This document shows, piece by piece, positions 39,900 through 51,456 of a stretch of 64,000 nucleotides of DNA (position 1 is the first letter of the stretch; every line of letters starts with the position of its first letter). A program made the translations under genes and the position numbers. The DNA comes from Balanoglossus misakiensis (lineage: Eukaryota; Animalia; Hemichordata): positions 19,628,303-19,692,302 of the forward strand of contig CM082577.2 in the NCBI GenBank assembly GCA_040954595.2. Direction: 5' to 3'. The notes under the pieces are model-generated. The model saw only the letters and a program-made list of their open reading frames with translations, was not told the DNA's origin and made no database searches.

Positions 39900-42800
39900 T
39901 AATTAAAGCTGCAAGCAGCGTTGGCGGGGCACAAGCGGTTCCCATGGTGACCAGCAAATGCCAAGGCTGTATCTGCTGGGGATACCAAGATTTGGGAAAG
40001 TAGGTCAAAGGTCACCTGAGGTCACCCCAAATTTGGGCAAAAAAATCAAGTCTAGAAACAAGACCCCTAGCTCTATTGGTTCGCCTAGAATAAGGTATAC
40101 GCATGATTAATGAGGTCTTGTGTAAGACTCCATATGTGCTCCATCTGCCCCCCAAAAGCCAGGACTCTAACTGCTGTGGATGCTGAGATATGGGAAAGTA
40201 GATCAAAGGTCATCCAAGGTCACCCAAAATTTTGGCATAAAATATTGACCCCAGAGTGGGCCATGTCCAACTAAAACCAGACCTCTAGCCCTATTGGTTA
40301 GCCTGGAATTAGATATGCAGAAAAATGATGTTTCAGAAATAGGTCAAGGGTCATTGCCAAAATTACCAAAATATTTGTGCCATGTCCTGGCAGCATTGGT
40401 ACCCATGTCCACAACATTCATGACTGTGGTGCTTTTACAAGAGGTCGTATGGGGAATATGCATATAAAATTAGTTGTTGCAAAACTGGGTCAAAGGTCAT
40501 GTGAAAATTGCCCAGAAAAATTGTGACAACTTCCGGTCATATGATGACTCATATCCAAAAAAAGAATTTCCCTGCTGTCAACATTTTGGCTACAAAACGG
40601 AATTTTCACTTTTCAATGGTTTTCCGAAAATCCAACATGGCTGCCATAATGATCGACCAATCACAGTGCGCTTCGCAAACTTGATAGACATAGGTTAGGT
40701 GACCACATATCCCAAATCCCGTGACTCGGTAACAGCTAGTTCTGGAGAAGAAGATTTTTAAAGTTTTAAGTAGTTTTTCAGAAAAACAATTGTAGCAAAA
40801 AAACTTTATGTGTGACGTCATGATTTCAATGGGGTAAAATGATGGACAGAAGGTAGGCTACCTGCACACCAACTTTGAACTCGATCGGCCCAGTGGTTTT
40901 TGAGAAGGACTCGTTTAACGATTTTCAGGAAATCCAATATGGCCGCCAGGTCACGTGACTAATTAAATATTCACGAGCCACTGCACGTCTACTCATTGGC
41001 CCCTACCACCCTACCAAGTTTCAGCCCCCTAGGTGCTGCAGTTTTCCAGATCTACCATGACATATTTCTCGGAAGAAGAATAATAATAATAATTAAAGCT
41101 GCAAGCAGCATTGTCCGTGCCCAAGCTCTATTATCTGATCTGATTATTAGATATGCACATAATTAATGAGTAGGAACATAATGCTGTGTTTTATCCCATG
41201 AAATATCAAGGTTATATCTATGTTTGGTGTTGATATAGTGTTAAGTAGGTCAAAGGTCACCCAGAGGTCACCCACAATTTGGGCAGAAAATTTTGACCCA
41301 TAGTGGTCCATGTCCAACAAAAACCAGATCTCTAGCCCTTTTGGTTAGCCCGAAATTAGGTATGCACATAAATAATGAGTTAAGCAGGTGTCACAGGTGA
41401 CCCAAAACTTTGGCTTTTCATTATGGCCCCATACCTCCAAACGCCAAGGCTGTATCTGCTGTGGATGTCGAGATATGCAAAAGTAGGTCAAAGGTCATCC
41501 AAGGTCACCCAACATTTGGGCAAAAAAATTTGACCCAATACTGGTTCATGTCCAACAAAAACCAAACCTCTAGGTCTATTGGTTCATCTGTAATTAGGTA
41601 TGCGCATATTTAATGAGGTCAGCAGAGGTCAAAGGGGTCATGATAAGTAGTGAAATTTTTTGATCACATACAAATCCACATACATCAAAAACCAAAATCA
41701 TAGCCCTATAGGTTAGCCTGGAATTAGATATGCAGAAAAAAACGATGTGTCAAAAGTAGGTCAAAGGTCATTGCCAAAATTACCAAAATATTTGGGGTAG
41801 GTCCTGGCAGGGATGATACCAATGTGCACAAAAATCAGAACTCTGGTACATTTAGAACACGTAGTATGAGCTATATATGCATATATGCAGGTTCTTAAAA
41901 AAGTAGGTCAAAGGTCACGTGAAAATTTCCAAAATATTTGCAACATATTCTAGTCATATCACGACTCATATCCATAAAAAGAATTTGTATGCTATCTATT
42001 TTTAGACTAGAAAAATGATTTCTTAATTTTCGCTGGTTTTTACAAAATCCAATATGGCCGCCATAATCTTCGACCAATCACAACGCTCTTCGCAAACTTG
42101 ATAGACATCAGTTAGGTGATGTCATACCCTAAATCCCATGACTCGGTTATTGCCGGTTCTGGAGAAGAAGATTTTTGAAGATTTTACTGTACTTTTTCGA
42201 AAATCCAATATGGCGGCCAAAGTCACATGACCGCTCAGGATTTTATTGTCAAACTTTGAAGGGCAGAGGACATGTGTACCATACACCAAATTTGAACTTG
42301 ATTGGCCCTGTGGTTTTTGAGAAGAAGCCATTTAAAGATTTTCAGAAAATCCAATATGGCCGCCAGGTCACGTGACTAATTAAATATTCACAAGCCACTG
42401 CACATCTACTCATTGACCTTGACCACTGTAGCAAGTTTGAGAAGTGTACCTGTAGCCGTTTCAGAGATCTAGGAGAGCAAAGATTGACATAAGAATAAAG
42501 AAAGAAAAATTCCAACGAAACCAATACGGGCCCAAGCCTGGCTTGGCTTGGGCCCGTAATTAAAGCTGCAAGCAGCATTGTCCGGGCCCAAGCTCTATTA
42601 TCTGATCTGATTATTAGATATGCACATAATTAATGAGTAGAAATATAATGCTGTGTTTTATCCCATGAAATATCAAGGTTATATCTATGTTTGGTGTTGA
42701 CATAATGTTAAGTAGGTCAAAGGTCACCAGAGGTCACCCACAATTTGGGCAGAAAATTTTGACCCATAGTGGTCCATGTCCAACAAAAACCAGACCTCTA

Positions 42801-45750
42801 GCCCTTTTGGTTAGCCCGGAAATAGGTATGCACATAAATAATGAGTAAAGCAGGTGTCACAGGTGACCCAAAACTTTGGCTTTTCATTATGGCCCCATAC
42901 CTCCAAACGCCAAGGCTGTATCTGCTGTGAATGTCGAGATATGCAAAAGTAGGTCAAAGGTCACCCGAGGTCACCCAACATTTGGGCAAGAAAATTTTGA
43001 CCCATAGTGGTCCATGTCCAACAAAAACCAGACCTCTAGCTCTATTGGTTCGCCTGTAATTAGCTATGCACATAATAAATGAGGTCAGCAGAGGTCACAG
43101 GTGACCCAAAACTTTGGCTTTTCAATATGGCCCCATATCTCCAAATGCCAAGGCTGTACCTGCTTTGGATGCCGAGATATGCAAAAGTAGGTCAAAGGTC
43201 ACCCGAGGTCACCCAACATTTGGGCAAAATATTTTGACCCCATACTGGTCCATGTATAACAAAAACAAAACCTCTAGGTCTATTGGTTCATCTGTAATTA
43301 GGTATGCGCATATTTAATGAGGTCACCAGAGGTCAAAGGGGTCATGAAAAGTAGCAAAATTTTTTGATCACATACAAATCCACATACATCAAAAACCAAA
43401 CTTATAGCCCTATTGGTTAGCCTGGAATTAGATATGCAGAAAAATGATTTGTCAAAAGTAGGTCAAAGGTCATTGCCAAAATTACCAAAATATTTACAGC
43501 TTATTCTTGTCATATGATGATTCATATCCATAAAAAGAATTTCTGTGCTATCAATTTTTAGGCTAGAAAAGGAATTTTTACTTTTTAATCGTTTTTCACA
43601 AAATCCAATATGGCCGCCATAATCTTCGACCAATCACATTCCCCTTCGCAAACTTGATAGACATCTGTTTAATGACCACACACACCAAATCTTGTGACTC
43701 GGTTATCGCCCGTTCTGGAGAAGAAGATTTTTGAAGTTTTACTATGGTTTTTCGAAAATCCAATATGGCCGCCATAATCTTCGACCAATCACAATGATCT
43801 TTGCAAACTTGATAGACATCAGTTAGGTGACCACATACCCCAAACGGCGTGACTCGGTTATCGCCGGTTCTGGAGAAGAAGATTTTTGAAATTTTGACCA
43901 GATTTCAGAAAAACAACTGTAGCAAAAAAACTGCAACATTGACAGCAAAATATCCAATTACAAAAATGATGGGCAGAGGGTATACTACCAGCACGCCAAA
44001 TCTGAACTCGATCTGACTTGTAGTTTCTGAGATCTGAGATTTGCATTTTTTCAGAAAATCCAATATGGCCGCCATGTCACGTGACTAATTAAGTATTCAC
44101 AAGTCACTGCACATCTACTCATTGACCTTGACCACTGTAGCAAGTTTGAGAACTGTACCTGCAGCGGTGTCTGAGATCTAGAGCGCGAAAGAAGTGAACC
44201 AAGAATAAAGAAAGAATTAAAGCTGCAAGCAGCATTGTCCGGGCCCAAGCTCTATTATCTGATCTGATTATTAGATATGCACATAATTAATGAGTAGAAA
44301 CATGCTGTGTTTTATCCCATGAAATATCAAGGTTATATCTATGTTTAGTGTTGATATAGTGTTAAGTAGGTCAAAGGTCACCCAGAGGTCACCCACAATT
44401 TGGGCAGAAAATTTTGACCCATAGTGGTCCATGTCCAACAAAAACCAGACCTCTAGCCATTTTGGTTAGCCCGGAATTAGGTATGCACATAAATAATGAG
44501 TAAAGCAGGTGTCACAGGTGACCCAAAACTTTGGCTTTTCATTATGGCCCCATACCTCCAAACGCCAAGGCTGTATCTGGTGTGGATATCGAGATATGCA
44601 AAAGTAGGTCAAAGGTCACCCGAGGTCACCCAACATTTGGGCAAAATATTTTGACCCCATACTGGTCCATGTATAACAAAAACAAAACCTCTAGGTCTAT
44701 TGGTTCATCTGTAATTAGGTATATGCATATTTAATGAGGTCAGCAGAGGTCAAAGGGGTCATGAAAAGTAGCAAAATTTTTTGATCACATACAAATCCAC
44801 ATACATCAAAAACCAAACTTATAGCCCTATTGGTTAGGCTGGAATTAGATATGCAGAAAAATGATGCGTCAAAAGTAGGTCAAAGGTCATTGCCAAAATT
44901 ACCAAAATATTTATAGGTTATTCTTGTCATATGATGATTCATATCCATAAAAAGAATTTCTGTGCTATCAATTTTTAGGCTAGAAAAGGAATTTTTACTT
45001 TTTAATCGTTTTTCACAAAATCCAATATGGCCGCCATAATCTTCGACCAATCACATTCCCCTTCGCAAACTTGATAGACATCTGTTTAATGACCACACAC
45101 ACCAAATCTTGTGACTCGGTTATCGCCCGTTCTGGAGAAGAAGATTTTTGAAGTTTTACTATGGTTTTTCGAAAATCCAATATGGCCGCCATAATCTTCG
45201 ACCAATCACAATGATCTTCGCAAACTTGATAGACATCAGTTAGGTGACCACATACCCCAAACGGTGTGACTCGGTTATCGCCGGTTCTGGAGAAGAAGAT
45301 TTTTGAAATTTTGACCAGATTTCAGAAAAACAACTGTAGCAAAAAAACTGCAACATTGACAGCAAAATATCCAATTACAAAAATGATGGGCAGAGGGTAT
45401 ACTACCAGCAAGCCAAATCTGAACTCGATCTGACTTGTAGTTTCTGAGATCTGAGATTTGCATTTTTTCAGAAAATCCAATATGGCCGCCATGTCACGTG
45501 ACTAATTAAGTATTCACAAGTCACTGCACATCTACTCATTGACCTTGACCACTGTAGCAAGTTTGAGAACTGTACCTGCAGCGGTGTCTGAGATCTAGAG
45601 CGCGAAAGAAATGAACCAAGAATAAAGAAAGAAAGAAAAACCCCAACGAAACCAATACGGGCCCAAGCCTGGCTTGGCTTGGGCCCGTAATAAAGACAAA
45701 TTCCAACAATACCAATAGGGGCACAAGCCCGATAGGCTTGTGCCCCTAAT
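39900..45750 (+). mobile_element. Array of four Helentron-like non-autonomous elements, family B
   Basis: Units start aattaaagctgcaagcagc at about 39900, 41090, 42557, 44215; internal subrepeats; 3' hairpins at about 42525, 45657, 45714. Confidence 0.8.
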
Positions 45751-45962
45751 TACATCTGAACAACTCATGAAAATAATTAAGGTCCGTAGTGGTCGTAGCT
45801 CTAACTATGAAGCTATTATGGGCAAACTCATGGATCTGCTGGTAGTCATATAAACATGAACAGTATCTTAACAATACTGAGGTATGTCATAACTGACAAC
45901 TGGATTAGGATTTTTTGTTTGAGTCATTTGAAAATTAATGTAATTGAATGAGAACATCTTAC

Positions 45963-46031
45963 CTCAATATACAGTGTCTGTGTGTTTCTTGAATGAGCTA
46001 GATAACCAATGATGTTGTGCAGAATAAGTTC
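45963..46031 (-). CDS. TELO2: TELO2 exon (ELILHNIIGYLAHSRNTQTLYIE)
   Basis: tcAG/GTaag, phase 0/0; LHNIIGYLA resembles LQSLLGHLA. Confidence 0.85.
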
Positions 46032-46341
46032 CTGACAAACAAATGTAAAAGTATTCATAAAAATGTCCCAAATGACTGAAATATCCTTAAGATGATTAAC
46101 CAATTTTGTTATGGGTAATAAATTTATTATAATATGCTTTTGTCTGAATCCAGCCTTCTGATTGAATGAAGGCAGGATTTATATTCTGAATTATCAAACC
46201 TCACGTATTCTTTACTATCAATCACGTGATCTGGCCATGTGATCCCCGGCGTTGTCATTTCCAGATGATGGGCAAGCAATATTTCGTCATCCAGTATAAG
46301 TTTTCCCGAGTATGTTTTTACTTTAAAACCGCCACAACTGC

Positions 46342-46423
46342 ATGGTGATATCTGATCATAATATTGATGATACCCTCGCCTGCGGCTCGGGCATCATCAA
46401 TGTTATGGTCAGAGAGCACCATC
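46342..46423 (-). repeat. Foldback with apex c-tc-gcc-tgc-ggc-tc-g
   Basis: tctgatcataatattgatgata / gcatcatcaatgttatggtcaga arms. Confidence 0.8.
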
Positions 46424-46450
46424 CCTCGTGCAGGCTTCAAATTGTGTTGT

Positions 46451-46793
46451 AACACACCATGCAGCGAATCCTCGATCGTGATTCGTCAATACGCCGTCAC
46501 GTGACCTTAGTCATTTCGAACTGTTCCCTAGGGCATCATTTCGATCAGTTTCTGCCCGGTACTGTTGCCCCGTCTTTATATAAATCCGTGTTTGGTGTGC
46601 TACAAAACACATGATGACTGACATATTCGGGCAACATTGTATTTTTGATGACCTCGGGACTGCCAGTCACACCAAAACAGTCTGTTTTCCCTCGGGCTAT
46701 GCCCTCGGGAAAACAAGACTGTTTTAGTTGTGACTAGCAGCGCCCTCGGACATCAAAATACACTGTTGCCCTCATTGTCAGTCATCATGTGTA
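46451..46793. mobile_element. Foldback-terminated element, hairpin about 46607-46792
   Basis: About 90-bp arms with three TC/TC mismatches; apex ccc-tc-gggc-tat-gccc-tc-ggg. Confidence 0.85.
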
Positions 46794-47060
46794 TAATGTT
46801 GCCCTCATGTGTTATTATTTAATTATTGCCTGAATACATGGTGTATGGGCCCTCGTGACAGGCAGGACACCATTTGCCCTATCGTTTCGGACAAATGGCA
46901 CCCTGCAATCAGGCCATTAAACCCATGTATTTTGGTAATAATACATAATAAAAAACTGCAATAGTCTCTCCATTACTTTTCCTTCTGTGTCACAAGTACA
47001 TTTCACCCAATTGTGAGACTAAAATAAGTATGAGATGCGATGAACATATATCTTTCTCAC

Positions 47061-47163
47061 CTTTTGATAATGTCTTAGGAATAAACACTTCTGAGTAATA
47101 ATGTAAGCCATCTTCTGATTGGTTAATAAACTGTCACCAAAGATTTTTGACACCATTCCATAC
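47061..47163 (-). CDS. TELO2: TELO2 exon (YGMVSKIFGDSLLTNQKMAYIITQKCLFLRHYQK)
   Basis: gaAG/GTgag; hand translation (absent from ORF track); ITQKCLFL resembles MTQKLLFL. Confidence 0.85.
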
Positions 47164-48315
47164 CTTCAATCGCAAACATTACAGCATGGTAAAACTTACT
47201 TTATCCAAAAGTTGTGATTTTCACACTTTACAATTGTATATTACTGGCATTTCTTGGGTCAATGGACATTTTGTATTGTTTTACGCGATATTCGAGATGT
47301 ATGAAAACGAAAGTATTTTATGGTTAAATGCCGTATGTTGGTGCTATATATTTACATCTGGTAGGGCTAAATTTCAATATGGCTGCTACTGACATGTAGG
47401 GAACTTATTGTCTACAGCAGGAGACATACCTAAAAGTATAAATTTTTCATATTTTGAAACTTTTAGAACTGTACGCGTCCTCAAGATGCCTATTTTCTTT
47501 TGCTATCACATACATGGACCCAGTTATCCTTATAGTTTGACGTCACACTATAGACCTCAGTGATCCGAAACCATATTCCACATGTGAAGAATATGTAAAC
47601 AAACAAAAATTAGCTGTTCTCGATGGGAAATATGCCTGAAACCCAAAAGTGGGAGTGTTATGAAGTACATGGAAATATGGCGCAATAAAGCACATGTGTA
47701 AAATGAGCATGATAAATTACACGTTTAAACGTCAAGATCGACATCGCTAGAGCGTCAAGCAGCACAGCAGGGGCGGCCGGTCGCGCAGCCTGTAGTCAAC
47801 GGGTCGAGCGGAGGATTGGAGCAGCTGGGTGAGCGACGACCATTTGTTATTTCATACAGTAGTGACAACCATTCTCAGGACGTGAACGAGAAATGCCATT
47901 TACATGTATTCTCCCAGTCCCAAAGAGACTGTCGTCACTTTTGGAATGGGCTGCATAAAGTTTTCTATTTTCGGTTAATTCCACGCCGCTACATTGTATT
48001 TCTCTGTGTTTCTTGGATAAGAGTATGTGTTTGTATTTGTTGAGTAATGATGTGATGTGAGAACTATACTCAAACCCAATCTGACCATATACAGTGTTAT
48101 CATACATGCAACGCCTGTATTTGGCACTTTCTATTGTTCTCGCCCCGAAGATATTTTACGGTATTACACTGAGTGCAATATATCTTCACTCCGCGTCTCG
48201 AACTATTTTTGAGAACGCGCGGCCTAATTATTTGGCAAATACTAAAACTACAAATCAGGATCCAACAGATCCATAAATAATCTGCATGAATTGTTGATAA
48301 TTACATGGAACTCAC

Positions 48316-48532
48316 CAAGGTACAGTCAGTAAGGTATACTCCACAACACAATCAAGACAGTTCTCTGGAATCCTTGCAAAGACACTGTAGCATATTTTAC
48401 GCCATGCAAAATCATCCTGTGTCAACTGAATGAACTTTGGTAATATGAGACCCAGATAGACATCTGTATGTCCTTGGATACAAATTTTACCAAGTAGTTG
48501 ACTTATGAATGAAATGATCCAGTCTCTTGATT
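48316..48532 (-). CDS. TELO2: TELO2 exon (SRDWIISFISQLLGKICIQG...EYTLLTVP)
   Basis: ttcAG/GTgag; SFISQLLGKIC resembles TELO2 SFVSQVLGKAC. Confidence 0.9.
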
Positions 48533-48902
48533 CTGAAATAAACAGGGCACAAAAAATAATCATATTTTCACATCATGAGAAATCATACATGTGAAATACA
48601 TAACAAACAACTGAACAAAAAAACAAAGACTATGGCTCTGACTATTACTAATCAGCCAGGCATAATATCCACTAATTTTCAGTCTCATGTTTTAATTTCT
48701 CTGTAAGTTTGTCATTTTATCAACTCATTGTGATTGTAGCATTGCCAATATTAATTATTCATCGAATTATTGCTACCATGACAACACATACAGGCACATT
48801 TCTCAGCACACACAAGATTTGTCATACATGCACAAAGGATTTGGCTTGAACATATTCAATCTGAAAGTGTCTTTGATACACATAATCTTTCGCAAATATT
48901 TA

Positions 48903-50586
48903 GGGGTTATTACACGAATTTTGGTCGATAACGCGACGCATTCTCGTGATGTCCGTATTTTGACTCGTTGGGCCGAGAAAAACGATTTCAAATTTGAACC
49001 AGGTGCCCTGGGATCACGGCAGTAGCCATCATGTGACGTATGACGTGTGGGCCGTAGTATCATTTTAAGGGGGTTGGCAGCTTTCATTACGATGGGCACA
49101 TCCGCATTCTAAATAAAATTGTCTACGTTCTCTTTCAAAATATCATGTTAACAATTTAATATTTTGCATTGAGAATTTCGAAGAACTAAACATGATACAT
49201 TCAACATGACAAAACCGCCAGCTTTGAAAACTTTATTACAGCTTCTAATAACCGAATTTTACAACACCCCTCTCCACTAGAGTCCTATGGCCTGTGTGTC
49301 ACTCGCGCGCGCAGCGAACTGTCGCGCCGAGACGCGGACGCGATATTTCACATTGTGAAATACCGTTAAATATCTTCAGGGCAAGAACAATAGAAAGTGT
49401 TAAATACAGGCGTTGCATGTATGATAATAAATATTATTATACATCTAGTGTCGAGAACAATAGATTTTGGCGTGCAATAAAAAGCCGTACGGAACGGTAC
49501 GTACGGAACGCGCGTTAAATAAGCCTTAGTTTCAAGGCGCCCAAAACTCACCGTGTACAGGTATGCGCTGTTATGCGAACAGTTTCAAGGCGCCCGCATT
49601 CCAACGCACGTGCGCACACGTAAACAAAAAAGAAAGATGGCTGCTCACTGAGTCAACTGAGCGGTTTTCGATCGATTGTATCGGCATTTTGGGCGTTTTG
49701 AAAGCCAAGTAACATGCAACACAAGAACTAACGGAGATGTAAGATGTATAATAATAAGGTTATTACGAAAATACCGCAAAGTATGCACTCGGACATTAGC
49801 GCAGCGCATCGCCCTCCGCTACGCGTCGGGCGATACTCAGCGCTAATGTCCTCGTGCATACTTTGCGGTATTTTCGTAATAACCTCATATTATCATACAT
49901 GCAACGCCTGTATTTGGCACTTTCTATTGTTCTCGCCCCGAAGATATTTTACGGTATTTCACCGAGTGAAATATATCTTCACTCCGCATCTCGAACTATT
50001 TTTGAGAACACGCTGAAATCATCACACAGCGTTGACTGTTGTGATTGGCGTGATAGTGCGCTGCGCGCGCGAGCGACGTAGGGGCATAGGACTCTAGTGG
50101 AGAGGGGTGTTGTAAAATTCGGTTATTAGAAGCTGTAATAACGTTTTCATAGCTGGCGGTTTTGCCATGTTGAATGTATCATTTTTACTTCTTCGAAATT
50201 CTCAATGCGAAATAATTGTTAACATGATATTTTGAAAGAGAACGTAGACAAGTTTATTTAGAATGCGGATGTGCCCATCGTAATGAAAGCTGCCAACCCC
50301 CTTAAAATGATACTACGGCCCACACGTCATACGTCACAACATGGCTACTGCCGTGATCCCAGGGTGCACGGTTCAAATTTGAAATCGTCTTTCTCGGCGC
50401 ATTTTCGCAAATCGTACTGTTTTATAGGTAGGCATGTATGATAAAGGGGTTATTACACGAATTTTGGTCGATAACGCGACGCATTCTCGTGATGTCCGTA
50501 ATTTGACTCGTTGCTTCGCAACTCGTCAAAATACGGACATCACTCAAATACGACGCGTTAACGACCAAAATTCGTGTAATAACCCC
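48903..50586. repeat. 1.7-kb compound palindrome carrying two foldbacks (49758-49885, 50446-50586)
   Basis: 48972-49427 is largely the reverse complement of 49889-50398; 48903-48970 is a half-copy of the 50446-50586 hairpin. Confidence 0.88.
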
Positions 50587-50803
50587 TAATTATGTGATTG
50601 TGATATGCTAGTCACAAATATGAAATATCCATAGCGATAACTGAAATAAGAGCATGACTTAGTGGGCAATTTTTCATTTCGAAGAAAATGGAGTAATAAT
50701 ATTTCAATAACAAATGTGAAAAGATATACTGATGTTATTACAGTGTAGTGGTAAGACACATTCACCAGTGCATTGATAGAAATGAAATTAGTTTCACACA
50801 TAC

Positions 50804-50889
50804 CCTTCATTCCTCTGTAAATTACTTCAAGAACTGTCAAAGTGTCCTTGGCTAATATCTTAAAATAATTATTTGGGTAGAAGATATTT
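50804..50889 (-). CDS. TELO2: TELO2 exon (NIFYPNNYFKILAKDTLTVLEVIYRGMK)
   Basis: tgcAG/GTatgt boundaries; FYPNNYF resembles vertebrate FFPQNYF; phases 2/1 fit neighbours. Confidence 0.85.
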
Positions 50890-51456
50890 CTGCAATAAAA
50901 TGGAAAAAAATAGAATATTGTGTACTCCTTTAAAAAAGATAAAGTAAGATGATTAGCTTTTGTTCTTCACCATCTGTGACAATGTGATTGGTCATGATTG
51001 TTTACGGAGAGCATAAGAAAGTTATCCAGTTAAGTTGCAAAATGACTAGCAATCCAGTCAGTCATACAGCAAGGCAACATATAATTTTGGCAAGTACAAG
51101 TATTGGAGTAATGACATGTAGCTGTGACTGAACTCAGTGGGAATCCTCGATAAAGCTGCCTGTGATAAAAAAAGCATAAATTATGTTAGTGAATGGTGAC
51201 TAGCACTTGCCATTTATAAAGCTAACACTCGTTCCAGAGAATGAAACTTCACCATACCATAGTTAGTCGGGTAAGCGCCACCAATGGGAGAAACGTGCCT
51301 ACCACCCCCCACCCCCCGACAATTCAGGAATGATAACCATTCAAGCTGAACTATTTTATATAAAACTAGCTGTAACTAGATGACACATACTTCAGTCACC
51401 TTGTAGGTTTCAACCAGCATGCAGCATTGCAACATTTGACACAATAAATGGCAACA

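Noticed and set aside
41410-45724. Recurrent small ORFs (MAFHYGP..., MQISDLRN...)
   Set aside because: Chance frames repeated with the tandem units; no recognisable domain
49758-49885. Reading the foldbacks as pre-miRNA genes or terminators
   Set aside because: They occur in repeated, insertional contexts and their triloop/GA grammar fits DNA folding; no expression evidence is available
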